A DNA stretch of 32,000 nucleotides from Candidatus Thorarchaeota archaeon (GTDB lineage Archaea > Asgardarchaeota > Thorarchaeia > Thorarchaeales > Thorarchaeaceae). The DNA is taken from NCBI GenBank assembly GCA_003345555.1, contig PRDJ01000035.1:30001-62000 (forward strand). The letters run 5' to 3'. The translations under genes were made by a program, and so were the position numbers. The notes below the pieces were generated by a model that had not been told where the DNA came from, ran no database searches, and was given only the letters and a program-made list of their open reading frames with translations. Shown in pieces: positions 17,527 through 28,476 of this stretch. The first letter of the stretch is position 1; each line of letters opens with the position of its first letter.

Positions 17527-18819
17527 ATGCGCCCGTTCTTCATAATGTGGAGCGGTCAAGCTGCCTCTCTACTTGGTACCTCACTTGTCCAGTTCGTACT
17601 TGTATGGTGGCTCACGCTTACAACCGGCTCAGCCACAGTCCTAGCCTTTGCTACAATCGCCGCTTTGATTCCACAGGTGCTCCTAACTCCTCTTGCGGGA
17701 GCCTTTGTGGATCGGCACAGTCGACGAGCCATAATGATCGTAGCCGACACAATTGCGGCAGCTCCCATTGTACCTCTGATGATGCTCTATTACTACGGAT
17801 TGATTGAGGTCTGGCATATCTATCTCGCCATGTTCGTCAGAGCTTCTGCTAGTGCATTTCATTGGCCGGCCATGGAGGCGTCTACGACCATGCTTGTGCC
17901 GAAGAAGCATCTGGCCCGAATCGGTGGGTTGAATCAAGCACTCTACGGTGCATCGAGTGTGGTCGCTCCTCCGATAGGTGCTGTGCTATTCGTTACATTC
18001 CCGATGTATGGTTTGCTCGCCATTGATATCGTTACAGCGTCCTTGGCTGTTTCTGCTCTTGCTTTCATACACATACCGCAACCCGTGCGGCAAGCACTAA
18101 CAAAGGACTCAGGGGTCCTAGGCGATATGTTGGCCGGGTTTAGATTCCTGCGAGTCTGGAAAGGAGCATTAGTCTTAATGTTTGTCGCGATGCTGATCAA
18201 TTTCCTCATTTCTCCGGCATTCGGCCTATTGCCTATTCTGGTTGCAGAGAACTTCGCAGGAGATGCGCCGATGCTGGCCGCGATGGAGTCAGTGATGGGC
18301 ATCTGTACAGTCTTAGGTGGTGTGATCTTGGGCGCATGGGGTGGGTCTAGTCGAAGAGTCGTGACGGCAGTATGGTCTCTGGCTATCTCAGGCATTGCGA
18401 CAACGATTATCGGTCTTGCTCCCCTGCTTGTTGGTCCGCAACCTTGGAACCAGTACGAGCTGACCCTGGGCATGGTGTCCGTAGTCGGTTTTCTCTTGGC
18501 ACTTGTGAACGGCTGTCTGATGGCGATCCTTCAGGCCACGATTCCACCAGACATGCAGGGACGGGTGTTCTCACTGATATCCAGCGGTGCGGGAGCCATG
18601 ATGCCATTAGGCTATGCGCTTGCAGGCCCGCTAGCTGATGCCTTTGGTGTTCAATTCTGGTTCATCCTCTCTGGTGTTGTCACATTTGCCACCGGCTTGG
18701 CCTGTGTCTTCATGCCATCGGTAATGGAAATCGAAAAGACCCCAATTCAGTCACGGAAAACGGTAGCTGAGCTGGCCGAGTTGGTCGATACTAGCTCATC
18801 TGACACTGACACGGAATGA
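17527..18819 (+). CDS. MFS transporter, MefA/DHA3-like efflux
   Basis: WSGQAASLLGTSL, GAFVDRHSRR (motif A), IPPDMQGRVFS; 12 TM. Start taken at ATG 17527; the ORF track extends to 17386. Confidence 0.88.
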   Translation: MRPFFIMWSGQAASLLGTSLVQFVLVWWLTLTTGSATVLAFATIAALIPQVLLTPLAGAFVDRHSRRAIMIVADTIAAAPIVPLMMLYYYGLIEVWHIYLAMFVRASASAFHWPAMEASTTMLVPKKHLARIGGLNQALYGASSVVAPPIGAVLFVTFPMYGLLAIDIVTASLAVSALAFIHIPQPVRQALTKDSGVLGDMLAGFRFLRVWKGALVLMFVAMLINFLISPAFGLLPILVAENFAGDAPMLAAMESVMGICTVLGGVILGAWGGSSRRVVTAVWSLAISGIATTIIGLAPLLVGPQPWNQYELTLGMVSVVGFLLALVNGCLMAILQATIPPDMQGRVFSLISSGAGAMMPLGYALAGPLADAFGVQFWFILSGVVTFATGLACVFMPSVMEIEKTPIQSRKTVAELAELVDTSSSDTDTE

Positions 18820-18971
18820 CGTTGCCTGAAGAGGAGATGGCCGACGATTCCTGTCTAGTCAGGAACATAAGAAAGGAGCGGACCTCCCCGGTGCCAAACC
18901 GAGGGGATTCCGCTTCCGTACCCCGCTTTTGTACGATTCCAATTCGATTCCCGCAAGAAAGGGCTCTAGAC

Positions 18972-20306
18972 CTATGCACCCGTTTTGCGTGCCCATAGTG
19001 TCTTGAAATCAGGGTCAATGTCTATGTACCTAAGTATGATGACCGCCACAATTAGAGCCGGAGCAAAAATCGGGCCCCACCATATCAGCGCCCATGGCTT
19101 GGAGTAGTCCATCATAACGCCCAGGATCACCGCGGAGACTGCTTGAAAGAAGTTGAGTGGTACGCCAATGAAGCCTGTATATATCCCTGAACGGCTTTGT
19201 CCAGTCTCAATCTCATCAACCTGAGCGATGTCAGCGGGGACAATGTAGCTCATCAGATAGTAGACCGCCATGCATGCAGCTAACGGTATGAAGTACACTA
19301 CGCCAACAATCACATTTGGCACAATGGCCGTCAAGGACTGTAGAATGACTGTCATCGGCAAAAGCAGCGCAAGAACAATCATCGACATGGTCATGGAGCG
19401 TTTCTTCCCTATGCTTCGAATCACCTTTATCCATACAAAGAGAAACAGCATGATGGAAATGAGGAGCGAGAGTGCTGGTGGAAGGAGCAGCGGGAGAGAG
19501 TTGAGGAGGAGGACATCACGAGTGACTCCTACTATCTGGGCAGTGATAGCCGAAAAGGTGAATGAAAGGAATCCAACAGCGAACATCCACCCCACGTAAT
19601 TGTGATTGGCAAGAACTATCGCAGTTTCTTGACGGAGACTCCTCCTGGGGACGACAATGTCTGGCTTCTCCCGTATCCAGATTATTGACGGTAAGAAGAA
19701 TACAACTGTGAGTACTGAGAATGCGAGTATGAATATCACACCAAAGCTCTTGAGGCCCGGAGGTTCAGGATCCTCGTAGAAGAGTAGTGTAGTCAGGAAG
19801 CTAACCACGACTCCCAGTCCGTTAGCGATCCAATTCGCCGTGTTTTGCATACTTGACACAAAAGGCCTTTCGTCTTCATCTGTTATCTCTGGCAGCCAAG
19901 CTTGGAATGCTGTTAGTAGGAATGCGTAGAAGAACTTGAACGTGCATAAGGTGGTCAAATAGTAGAAGAACAGGAGGAGTCCCAAGTTAGGATTCGTCAA
20001 GTCAAGGAACCAGTTGGGAACGAATAGCAGGAAACCGGTCACGGCAAGACCTGGTGCTCCCACTGCCACGAATGGCTTTCTGCGCCCCCATCTGGTCTCA
20101 ACACGATCGCTCCAGTAGCCTGTCAGCCAATGAGTCAGGCCGATAACAACGTATGACGTTGCGAGAGCCAATCCTGCGAGAAGCCAATCAAGTTTGAAGA
20201 AATTACCGTAAATGTAGAACGAAGTAAGGCCGGTCAAAGTCAAAAGAAACGACGATCCGAATCGGCCCATACCATAAGCGACTTTCTTGTAGAATGGTAG
20301 CATCAT
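18972..20306 (-). CDS. MFS transporter, GPH/MelB-like (glycoside-pentoside-hexuronide)
   Basis: KVAYGMG, GYWSDRVETRWGRRKPF, EITDEDER, ADIAQVDEIETGQSRSGIY motifs. Confidence 0.88.
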   Translation of the reverse strand: MMLPFYKKVAYGMGRFGSSFLLTLTGLTSFYIYGNFFKLDWLLAGLALATSYVVIGLTHWLTGYWSDRVETRWGRRKPFVAVGAPGLAVTGFLLFVPNWFLDLTNPNLGLLLFFYYLTTLCTFKFFYAFLLTAFQAWLPEITDEDERPFVSSMQNTANWIANGLGVVVSFLTTLLFYEDPEPPGLKSFGVIFILAFSVLTVVFFLPSIIWIREKPDIVVPRRSLRQETAIVLANHNYVGWMFAVGFLSFTFSAITAQIVGVTRDVLLLNSLPLLLPPALSLLISIMLFLFVWIKVIRSIGKKRSMTMSMIVLALLLPMTVILQSLTAIVPNVIVGVVYFIPLAACMAVYYLMSYIVPADIAQVDEIETGQSRSGIYTGFIGVPLNFFQAVSAVILGVMMDYSKPWALIWWGPIFAPALIVAVIILRYIDIDPDFKTLWARKTGA

Positions 20307-20418
20307 ATTTCAAAGACCACCAATCCAGCCCTTTTGCGGAATCTGAATCCTAAGCTGAGCGGCTAAGCCCGCATTTAAGCGATACGAAAGAAGGGACAAG
20401 ATTGACTATGTGGTTGTT

Positions 20419-23061
20419 TTAGGCTTTCACATCTTTGTTCCTGTATGCTACTGGGCTTGCATCAAAGGTCTTCTTGCAGTTCGGGCTACAGAAGTAGTAC
20501 CTCTTTCCCATGAAGTCACTGTACAGCGCCGCTGTCTGGATGTCTACATCCATCTTGCATACGGGATCGATGGCGATGCCCGACTTCCTATCCTCGGATG
20601 GAAGCACCGTTGTGGCTCCCTCGCCCAATGGCCTAGGCTTGAACCTGCCAAGGAACAATGCATTCGTGACAACGCTGACGCTGGATAGCGACATGGCGAG
20701 GCCAGCATACTCTGGTCTTAGTACTAAGCCCATTAGCGGTACGAAGACACCAGCCGCTATCGGAAGCAAAGCCAAGTTGTATACGAACGCCCAGAAGAAT
20801 CCTTGCTTAATCTTGGTCATCGTCTTGCGACCGAGCTCAATGCCCGATACAACGTCCAGGAGATTGTCTTTCACAAGTACGATATCCCCGGTCTCCACTG
20901 ATACGTCCGTACCTGAGCCCAAGGCAATACCGACATCGGCTTGAGCCAGAGCAGGAGCGTCATTTACGCCGTCGCCTACCATTGCCACTGTGCGTCCTTC
21001 AAGTTGGAGGCCCTTCACTTTGATTGCTTTGTCCGCAGGTAACACTTCTGCAAGAACGTTATCAATTCCAAGACTTCTCGCCACGGCTCGTGCTGTCTTC
21101 TCCTTATCCCCGCTAATCATCCAGACATTGAGACCCATGCTACGAAGTGCTTTGACTGCCCTTGCTGAACTCTCTTTGGGTGGGTCAGCTATAGCCAGCG
21201 CGGCGAGTGGCCTGCCATCGATTGCTGAGTATACCACCGTCTTGCCCTGTTCCTCAAGCGCGTCGCTCTTGGTATCAATCTGAGAAATGTCGATGGAATT
21301 CTCCCGCATGTAATGGTCATTTCCGATGATTATCGTGGAGCCGTCCACGGTGGCACGGACTCCTTTGCCAGAATCGGAAATGAAATCGTCAACTCGGAGA
21401 AATTCAATCTCTCTCTCTTGTGCATAACGAACGACCGCCTCAGCCAGAGGATGTGCACTATTCTTCTCCACCGATGATATCAGCTGCAATGCTTTGGTTG
21501 CATCGGTATTCGAGGCGTAGATGAGGTCTGTAACGGTAGGCTTCCCGACGGTCAGTGTTCCTGTCTTGTCGAACACGACTGTGTCAATCCTAGGAATTGC
21601 TTCGAGCCCCGCTCCCGTCTTGAAGAGTATACCCTCCTTGGCTCCTCTTCCTATCCCCACCATAATCGCCGTAGGGGTAGCCAAGCCCAGGGCACATGGA
21701 CACGCGGCGACAAGGACAGCTATTGTGAAACTCAATGCTCTCACCCAACCTGCACCCATGAACACCACCCACGACACGAATGTCGCGGCTGCCAGTATTA
21801 GGACAATCGGGACGAATACTTCTGCGATCGCGTCAGCCCTTCTCTGGATTGCAGGTTTCTGGGTCTGAGCTACCTCAACGAGCCGCACAATCTGGGACAA
21901 GACAGTGTCCTGTCCGACCTTCGTAGCTCTTATCCTGAGTGCTCCACTCCTGTTTATCGTGGCGCCGACGGCTGAGTCTCCCACATTCTTGGTGACCGGC
22001 ATTGATTCTCCTGTGATCATTGATTCATCAACAGTAGATTGTCCCTCTACAACTTCGCCATCTACTGGCACCTTGTCACCAGGTCTCACCAATATTATGT
22101 CACCGACTTCCACATCCTCAGCAGGGATTACGATCTCTTGGCCATTCCTCTCGACAATAGCTACCTGGGCTTGAAGGTTCATCAGGCTCCTGATGGCTCT
22201 CGAGGTTCGACCCTTGGCGATGGCCTCAAGCGTCCTGCCTAGGAGAATGAATGTAATCAACAGAGCCGCAGTATCGTAGAACGTCAAGTAACCCGGTAGC
22301 ACAAACGTTGCCGCTACGGAATAGAAATAGGCTGCACTAGTCCCTAGCATTATGAGCAGATCCATGTTGGTCTTGCCATGCCGAAGTACTCTGAGGCTTG
22401 ACCGGTAGAAAGGATAGCCCGCGACGAATTGAATGGGGGTCGTCAAGATGAATAGCACAAAGTCTGCAGACACCCCTGGGGGTATGAATGGAATCAACAC
22501 TCCAAGCATGATCAACAGCACTGGGACAGTCAAGACTGTGGCAAAGGCCAGCAAGCCCGAATAGTAGTGAACTTCCCTCTCTCTTGCCAACGACTCTCTA
22601 TCAACACGTGAGGTACTAGTGTCCACTATGCTGTAACCTAGCTCCTTGAGTGCTCGTTTGACAATCTTGGACGTAACCAAATCCTCGTCGTACTCAACAA
22701 GAAGGCGTCCGCTGTCCTCATAATTCCTTACACTGATAACGCCGTCAAGATTCTTGATCCTCTCTGAGATGGGCTGCCATTCTTCTCGCTGAGGATGAGG
22801 ATTAAGAGTCAGAGTCATGGCCGGCCTTCTTGCGCGATATCCTGTCGAGTTGACTGCTTCCTCCAATGTTCGACGATCTACCTTGCCTGCCTCGTATTCA
22901 ACTACAGCTTTCTCATCCAGTAGACTCACGGCCGCACTGACGACACCTTCCTGTTTGAGAAGCGACTTCTCGACGGTCGCCACACAGGATGCGCAGTGCA
23001 TCCCCTCTATCTTCAGTGACATTCGCGATTTGGTCGCTGACTCGCGCGATTCAGTACTCAA
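20419..23061 (-). CDS. copA: Cu(I)-translocating P1B-type ATPase with N-terminal HMA domains and C-terminal YHS/TRASH domain
   Basis: [40 protein letters not shown] and MSLSS Cu+ signatures; C-terminal DPVCKM...YYFCSPNC. Confidence 0.95.
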   Translation of the reverse strand: MSTESRESATKSRMSLKIEGMHCASCVATVEKSLLKQEGVVSAAVSLLDEKAVVEYEAGKVDRRTLEEAVNSTGYRARRPAMTLTLNPHPQREEWQPISERIKNLDGVISVRNYEDSGRLLVEYDEDLVTSKIVKRALKELGYSIVDTSTSRVDRESLAREREVHYYSGLLAFATVLTVPVLLIMLGVLIPFIPPGVSADFVLFILTTPIQFVAGYPFYRSSLRVLRHGKTNMDLLIMLGTSAAYFYSVAATFVLPGYLTFYDTAALLITFILLGRTLEAIAKGRTSRAIRSLMNLQAQVAIVERNGQEIVIPAEDVEVGDIILVRPGDKVPVDGEVVEGQSTVDESMITGESMPVTKNVGDSAVGATINRSGALRIRATKVGQDTVLSQIVRLVEVAQTQKPAIQRRADAIAEVFVPIVLILAAATFVSWVVFMGAGWVRALSFTIAVLVAACPCALGLATPTAIMVGIGRGAKEGILFKTGAGLEAIPRIDTVVFDKTGTLTVGKPTVTDLIYASNTDATKALQLISSVEKNSAHPLAEAVVRYAQEREIEFLRVDDFISDSGKGVRATVDGSTIIIGNDHYMRENSIDISQIDTKSDALEEQGKTVVYSAIDGRPLAALAIADPPKESSARAVKALRSMGLNVWMISGDKEKTARAVARSLGIDNVLAEVLPADKAIKVKGLQLEGRTVAMVGDGVNDAPALAQADVGIALGSGTDVSVETGDIVLVKDNLLDVVSGIELGRKTMTKIKQGFFWAFVYNLALLPIAAGVFVPLMGLVLRPEYAGLAMSLSSVSVVTNALFLGRFKPRPLGEGATTVLPSEDRKSGIAIDPVCKMDVDIQTAALYSDFMGKRYYFCSPNCKKTFDASPVAYRNKDVKA

Positions 23062-23164
23062 CGTAGACCACCCTTCTTCGGCTGTATGTTCACTATTGTT
23101 AACGCGGTCAACTAATAAGCATTCGGATATGTCACACAGACCAGCAAATCATCGAGGCACCGTG

Positions 23165-23749
23165 TCAGCCCACGAACAGGTCACTTTCTCCACTTTCGGC
23201 CAGCTTCATCATTCGCAGCAGCTCTGTGAATGTATGTTGTATATTCTCACCTGTCTTAGCTGATGTCTCGATAAAGTAGGCCGGCACATTGAGCTTGGCT
23301 TTGAAATACTCCGCAAACTTCCGGCCTTCGTCAGGAGTCACACTGTCCTTTGCCGGGGTTCGTGGTCGGAGGTCCACTTTGTTACCTACTATGACGGTGG
23401 GCGGCAACGGCCCCATGTTGCGGTAGGCTTCCACGAGCCATTTGGAAGCGTTCTCGAATGATCTTCGGTCGACCACAGAGTACACCAAGATGATTCCATT
23501 GCAGCCATGATAGTAGTGGCCTCTGACTTTCTCGAATGTAGGTTGCCCGGCCAAATCCCATATTATGAACTTCACGACTTCGTCCTCGAAGAGTATTCGC
23601 TTTGTCGCAAGGTCAACTCCTATGGTTGCGATATGACCCTCGATGAAGTCCTCTCCTAGGTAATTGCGCCGCATGCTGGTCTTGCCTACGGCACCATCTC
23701 CTATGAGAACTGCCTTCAGAATCCTGCTGCCGTCGTCTTGGTCCTTCAT
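23165..23749 (-). CDS. Rab-like small GTPase (eukaryotic signature protein)
   Basis: G1 GDGAVGKTS, switch I ATIGVD, G3 WDLAGQ, G4 GNKVD, G5 ETSAK; no C-terminal prenylation cysteines. Confidence 0.95.
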   Translation of the reverse strand: MKDQDDGSRILKAVLIGDGAVGKTSMRRNYLGEDFIEGHIATIGVDLATKRILFEDEVVKFIIWDLAGQPTFEKVRGHYYHGCNGIILVYSVVDRRSFENASKWLVEAYRNMGPLPPTVIVGNKVDLRPRTPAKDSVTPDEGRKFAEYFKAKLNVPAYFIETSAKTGENIQHTFTELLRMMKLAESGESDLFVG

Positions 23750-23919
23750 TGGTTATCATCGTCGCTTTGCGGGGCGCGTTTTTTGACTTTGGTTACTATG
23801 TCACACGTTGTCGGCTCAGTCATATCTCTTGCTGAACAGCTGCGTCCTTAATCCCCGGCGGTACACGATTGTGATGGGACACCATATGGATAAGATAAGC
23901 TTACTGGACTGCCCCGAAA

Positions 23920-25161
23920 TCACGATTCCGGCTCGCCTAGAGCCACTTCTAGGGTTCTCTTCATTGCGCGAGGTCTCACTTGGCCTACTTTGATGCTGTC
24001 ACAATTGTGGAAATCTGCGAATTCTCTCAATCCGTTTGCGAGCCGACCTGCAAGTCCCGCTGTGCTTTCCTCTGACTTCTCAAGATATAGCGACTTCAGC
24101 TCGAGAGTGCTTTCTTTCCGGTGTGCTTTGGCGTCAACTCCACCAACGAACCTCAATCCGTCGAGAATGGGAAGCACGTAGTATCCCAACGTCCTTTTCT
24201 CTTGAGGAACGAATGCTTCCATTTTGTAGTCAAAGCCCCATAGTGTTCTCGGCAGATGACGTTCGCGAACAACGTTGTCAAAGGGGCTAAGGAGCTTGAT
24301 AGGCGCCTCTTCCTCTGGTTCTTTCGTGACCTTGTTAATCTCTTTGAGCTTCGAATTCAGCATGAAATACCGTTGCTCTATGCCTTCTATGGACACTTCC
24401 TCGACGAACCCCTCATCAAGTAAAGTAACGAGAAACTTCTCGATCTCGGTCTTCTTTCCTTTCCAAAGAATGCGGGCGGGAAACCTGCCGCGATAAAGCC
24501 TCAGGTCCTCGGCCGATGCAAGCCCGAGAGATGACAGGGTAGTGGACGCCACAAAACGCGGCACCTCGTCTTCGGGCATCGGTTCCTGACTCACGCGGGG
24601 CGGGAGTACCCTCTCAGTGAGGTCATAGTACTTCTGGAAACCTTCTCTGTAGGCGATCATGAGGCGACCAGTATAGTAGAGGTATTCGAGCGCCGTCTTT
24701 TCGTTTTTCCAGTCCCACCAGCCGCTACTTCTTTCACTCCTGCCTCCGAAGTCCGAACTCGACATAGCTCCGTCTTTCTTGATTCTATCGTACACCGAAT
24801 CAAGTATCTCCCTTTTCTTGACAGCCCAACTTGCCATTGAGCCCCAAGTCTTGTCGGTGTATCTGGTCCTCGCCCAAGTGCAGTAAGGATAGGCCTCTAT
24901 GGGTAGAAGACACATCATGTGATCCCAGTACTCAAACAGGTCACCTTTTCTCTCCCATTTCCAGACTTCATCAGTCTTGTATCCAGACAAACGATTGCGT
25001 ATTATCAGGTCATGACTTCTTGCTACAACGGAGATAGTGTCAATCTGGACATTCTGGATCCGGCGTACAGTGTCTACTACCGACTTTGAGGGTCTTCGCG
25101 TTCTGAGTCCTTGAGCATGCAAGATGAACTTGCGAGCTTCTTCAACGGTCAGCTCAAGCAT
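23920..25161 (-). CDS. Winged-helix YcaQ/AlkZ-like (HTH_42) DNA glycosylase, interstrand crosslink repair family
   Basis: VQIDTISVVARSHDL (QxD catalytic motif), LFEYW.H, SSGWWDW, FQKYYDLTERVLP, LLSPFDN, FDYKMEAFVP..KR..GYYVLPIL. Confidence 0.88.
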   Translation of the reverse strand: MLELTVEEARKFILHAQGLRTRRPSKSVVDTVRRIQNVQIDTISVVARSHDLIIRNRLSGYKTDEVWKWERKGDLFEYWDHMMCLLPIEAYPYCTWARTRYTDKTWGSMASWAVKKREILDSVYDRIKKDGAMSSSDFGGRSERSSGWWDWKNEKTALEYLYYTGRLMIAYREGFQKYYDLTERVLPPRVSQEPMPEDEVPRFVASTTLSSLGLASAEDLRLYRGRFPARILWKGKKTEIEKFLVTLLDEGFVEEVSIEGIEQRYFMLNSKLKEINKVTKEPEEEAPIKLLSPFDNVVRERHLPRTLWGFDYKMEAFVPQEKRTLGYYVLPILDGLRFVGGVDAKAHRKESTLELKSLYLEKSEESTAGLAGRLANGLREFADFHNCDSIKVGQVRPRAMKRTLEVALGEPES

Positions 25162-25239
25162 GTTCTTGATTGAGTGTGAGAGGACTATTCGGTTTTTCTG
25201 TTGGTAGTCTTAGGGCGGTCGGACCTAACCCAGCAGATG

Positions 25240-26532
25240 CTAGTGGAGAAGCAACGTCAGCATCAGAATCCATCCAGTGCCAATGACCATCATCAGCAGC
25301 GCTATTGGCATTGCCGCTTTCGCAAAACCCCGCATCCCTATCGGATTCTCTTCAGCTTCAGATAATGCGAGGGCGATTACGTTCGCCGGAGAGCCTATTG
25401 GTAGAATAAAGGCGCCGACATTGACGCCAAACACAAGCGCAAGAGGAGGCATTGGACCCGCGGTTGCAGCCTCAACAGCCAATGGGGCAAGTAGAGCCGC
25501 TATTGGCACGTTATCGATTACTGACGATAGCAGGCCCGGAATCCAAATCATGAAGAGCGTGACACTGACTGCTCCGCCGCTGATGAATGCGTCTGCCCAG
25601 TTGGCTATGTCCGCGAGTACGCCAGTCGCCTCAAGTGCGGCGACAATCCCAAAAATCCCTATTACGAAGAACACAGTGCCCCACCCAACCTCGCGCAAAA
25701 CCCTGTCCACATCGTGCTCCGTCAATAGGAGCATGATTGCCGCGATTGTTATCGACACTAAGCTTGCTTCCAACCCCTCGGCAACGCCTACTGTGAAAGC
25801 CAATATGAGGGCAATCATCGCTATGATGGACATGTAGAACTCAATTCTCGAACGAATGAGAGTCGTCGGGTCAATCTTGAACAGTTCTTCTGCTGTGGCC
25901 TTGTTGCTTGCAGTTAGGGAGTTTCTATAGAAGCGACGGAGCAAAGGCAGCGATACAATGAGGAGAATGAAAGACAGAGGCATCAAGGTAACAAACTGGA
26001 ATCCCGGGTTGATTCCTGTTGCAGTCGCTACAACTAGATTCGGCACGTCACCCACGACGGAAGGTATAGAAGCGAAGTTTGCGACTATGGCCTCGGAAAC
26101 AAGGAAGGCCTTGATGTCGAGGTCTAGTGCCCTGCACAACTCAATCGTAATTGGCCCGACTATTAGCATCGTGGATGTTGTGTCGAAGAATAGGGAGATG
26201 AAAAACACGAAAACCAAGAATGTCGTAAACAATCGAGGTGGGTTGCCGCCGCTAGGGAGGGCCATCCTGAGGGCAATATACTGATACATGCCCGAGGCAC
26301 GAGATATGCCAACAATAATCATCTGACCCGTTATGAATAACACAGTGTACCATCCAATGCGTTCAGTCAACGCTTGGAATGAGCTCACGTGTGCTGCCCA
26401 GAGAATCAAAGCGACAATCCCCATACCCGTAAGCGACATTGCAGTCCTGTTGACTCTCTCACTTGTTATTGCACTGTAGGTAACAATGAACACTAATACG
26501 ACAAGTCCGCCGACTAGATCCATAGGATGCAT
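25240..26532 (-). CDS. ArsB/NhaD-like anion permease, paralog 3 (more divergent)
   Basis: SGMYQYIA, FFDTTSTM, VGDVPNLVV, SSVIDNVP and PIGSPANV motifs; ~12 TM. Confidence 0.85.
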   Translation of the reverse strand: MHPMDLVGGLVVLVFIVTYSAITSERVNRTAMSLTGMGIVALILWAAHVSSFQALTERIGWYTVLFITGQMIIVGISRASGMYQYIALRMALPSGGNPPRLFTTFLVFVFFISLFFDTTSTMLIVGPITIELCRALDLDIKAFLVSEAIVANFASIPSVVGDVPNLVVATATGINPGFQFVTLMPLSFILLIVSLPLLRRFYRNSLTASNKATAEELFKIDPTTLIRSRIEFYMSIIAMIALILAFTVGVAEGLEASLVSITIAAIMLLLTEHDVDRVLREVGWGTVFFVIGIFGIVAALEATGVLADIANWADAFISGGAVSVTLFMIWIPGLLSSVIDNVPIAALLAPLAVEAATAGPMPPLALVFGVNVGAFILPIGSPANVIALALSEAEENPIGMRGFAKAAMPIALLMMVIGTGWILMLTLLLH

Positions 26533-26770
26533 TCCTCGTTCTGTGCTCTTGTGAATGGCCTTGACAGTGTGTCCCAGTCAGGATGCGGAGTATGGCAAGC
26601 TATGCAGATGGGTTCACCCTATTAACTTCCGCGGATGCAATTCGTACTGAGCTGTTCTTCTCCAGAGCTTGAAGCAATATCAGTTCGTCCCACCAGCGTC
26701 AGTGAAAGCTGTCATCGAGCTCATGCGGGCAAGAGAGATATGCCGCTTCTTGTGCAACTGACCATGCAAG

Positions 26771-27511
26771 ATGATCGGCCTTTACTTTGGCGTGCTCACA
26801 AGCCTTGACACGGTTGTCGCTATACTCACAGGCGCGGCTGCATCTATCGTAGTCGGGATTGCTCATTGGGTTTCAAAGAAGGGCGGTCCACGATGGGTCG
26901 GCCGGAAGCTAGTCCACATGGTAATGGGCACGATTATCGCTCTCACTCTCGTGGTGTACTCGAATCTGAGCGGGCCAATCTTCGCGACCGCTCTCTTTAT
27001 GATAGTTCTATTCTGCTTATCGTTCTACGACAAGGATATCATTTCACACTTGTTGGCTGCAGGCACCAGAGAGTCAGGGAGCACATTCGGAACGTTCTTT
27101 GCCGGCTTTGCTGGTCTCGTGTCGTTTGCTGTTGTGTTCCTTGTATTTTACGTCCGGCCTGAGATATTTGTCGCGGCGATTCTTGCTGTGTCGTGGGGTG
27201 ACGCCTCAGGAGAGGTTTTTGGCAGAACTCTGGGCGGCAGTCTGATTAGGAAGCGATTTCGGGGAAAATCCATTGAGGGCAGCGCGGCAGTATTTGCCTT
27301 CTCTGCATTGTCACTAATCGTAGCCATGCTTCTCCATTCCGTCGACACACAACCCTTCTTGGTATTGCCCGAAATCCTTGTCGTCGCGCTTGTTGTTTCT
27401 GTGGTTGAAGCTGTGAGCGTCGGCTGGACAGATAACTTCCTAGTTCCCTTGACCACAGCCTTTCTGACTTGGTTCCTGATCTTTCCCACGACCCCGTTGC
27501 TGCTGCCATGA
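26771..27511 (+). CDS. Polyprenol/phytol/dolichol kinase-like membrane protein (CTP-dependent)
   Basis: RKLVHM, WGDASGEVFG, KSIEGS and DNFLVP motifs of the SEC59/VTE5/DGK1 family. Confidence 0.8.
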   Translation: MIGLYFGVLTSLDTVVAILTGAAASIVVGIAHWVSKKGGPRWVGRKLVHMVMGTIIALTLVVYSNLSGPIFATALFMIVLFCLSFYDKDIISHLLAAGTRESGSTFGTFFAGFAGLVSFAVVFLVFYVRPEIFVAAILAVSWGDASGEVFGRTLGGSLIRKRFRGKSIEGSAAVFAFSALSLIVAMLLHSVDTQPFLVLPEILVVALVVSVVEAVSVGWTDNFLVPLTTAFLTWFLIFPTTPLLLP

Positions 27512-27531
27512 CTGGCACGGCTGGACGGCTT

Positions 27532-28476
27532 CTATTTCCAGTCGCTATATCTCATAATGCCCGACTCGCCTAGCTCGCAAACAAGCTTGAGTTCGCTCAA
27601 TACACTAGTCCAACCAATATCGTATCCGACGATGTCTTCGGGCTGTCGAAAGTCATGGTGATGGAGATTGACCACAGTGTAATCCTCTGCAGGGTCGAAC
27701 CTGACGTTGACTATGGTTTCTGATTCGTCCTCGTATACCCATGAGAACTCGATTTCCTTGTCGGGGACTAGCTTCCTGAATAGCACGGGACCTCGGCCTT
27801 CTGCCCACCAGGTGTAGATGCCTGCGTATTGTGGGTCTACCTTAGGCTTGGGTGCGCGAACGAAGTGACGGAGCTTCTCAGGGTTGGTCCAGACATCAAA
27901 TGGCAGAGAAGGCGGTGCCCGTATCAGCACACTCTGTCTCACCTCTTTGGGATCGTAACGGGTGATTCTCAGAGGGCGATAATCAGAGTAATCAAAACGC
28001 ACGGCGGGCTCTCCCAGTTCAGTAACCGACTTGAAGTTCGCCAACAGCACGTTCCAGTGTTCTGGCAGGTATAGTCTGCTTGCAGAAAGAGGGATGGCCC
28101 CATGTTTGACTTCGATTAACGTACCTTTCGCCAGCTCGCTGAATCTCAATACGAAGAGAGTCTCTACACCCATTATGCTCCAGCTGCAAAGGATGGCTTT
28201 GTTCTGAGAGAACTCGGTAATGGTCCAAGTGTCCTCGATTTCGGAGTTAGTCGGAGCATTCTTCCCCCGGAATGTGATGAAACCCCCCTTTTTCGTGTCC
28301 GAGGTAATCTCGTTGCCCAGCCACTGTACCATCCTCACCGGATCTAGGAATGTATTCCATACTTCTGGAACTGGCTTAGAAATGTGGGCAGTAATCCTTA
28401 CTACCGGGAGCACAGGTTCTTCGTCGTTACCAGGCACGGTCCTACTCCTCCACAAGTTCTGATTTGCCGAGGCCAC
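27532..28476 (-). CDS. Tandem SRPBCC (AHSA1/START-like) domain protein
   Basis: Two repeats: P.EVWNTFLDP.RM.QW...HWNVLL..FK..E and P..PFDVWTNPEKL..F...GWTSVL..LK..E. GTG start. Confidence 0.85.
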   Translation of the reverse strand: MASANQNLWRSRTVPGNDEEPVLPVVRITAHISKPVPEVWNTFLDPVRMVQWLGNEITSDTKKGGFITFRGKNAPTNSEIEDTWTITEFSQNKAILCSWSIMGVETLFVLRFSELAKGTLIEVKHGAIPLSASRLYLPEHWNVLLANFKSVTELGEPAVRFDYSDYRPLRITRYDPKEVRQSVLIRAPPSLPFDVWTNPEKLRHFVRAPKPKVDPQYAGIYTWWAEGRGPVLFRKLVPDKEIEFSWVYEDESETIVNVRFDPAEDYTVVNLHHHDFRQPEDIVGYDIGWTSVLSELKLVCELGESGIMRYSDWK

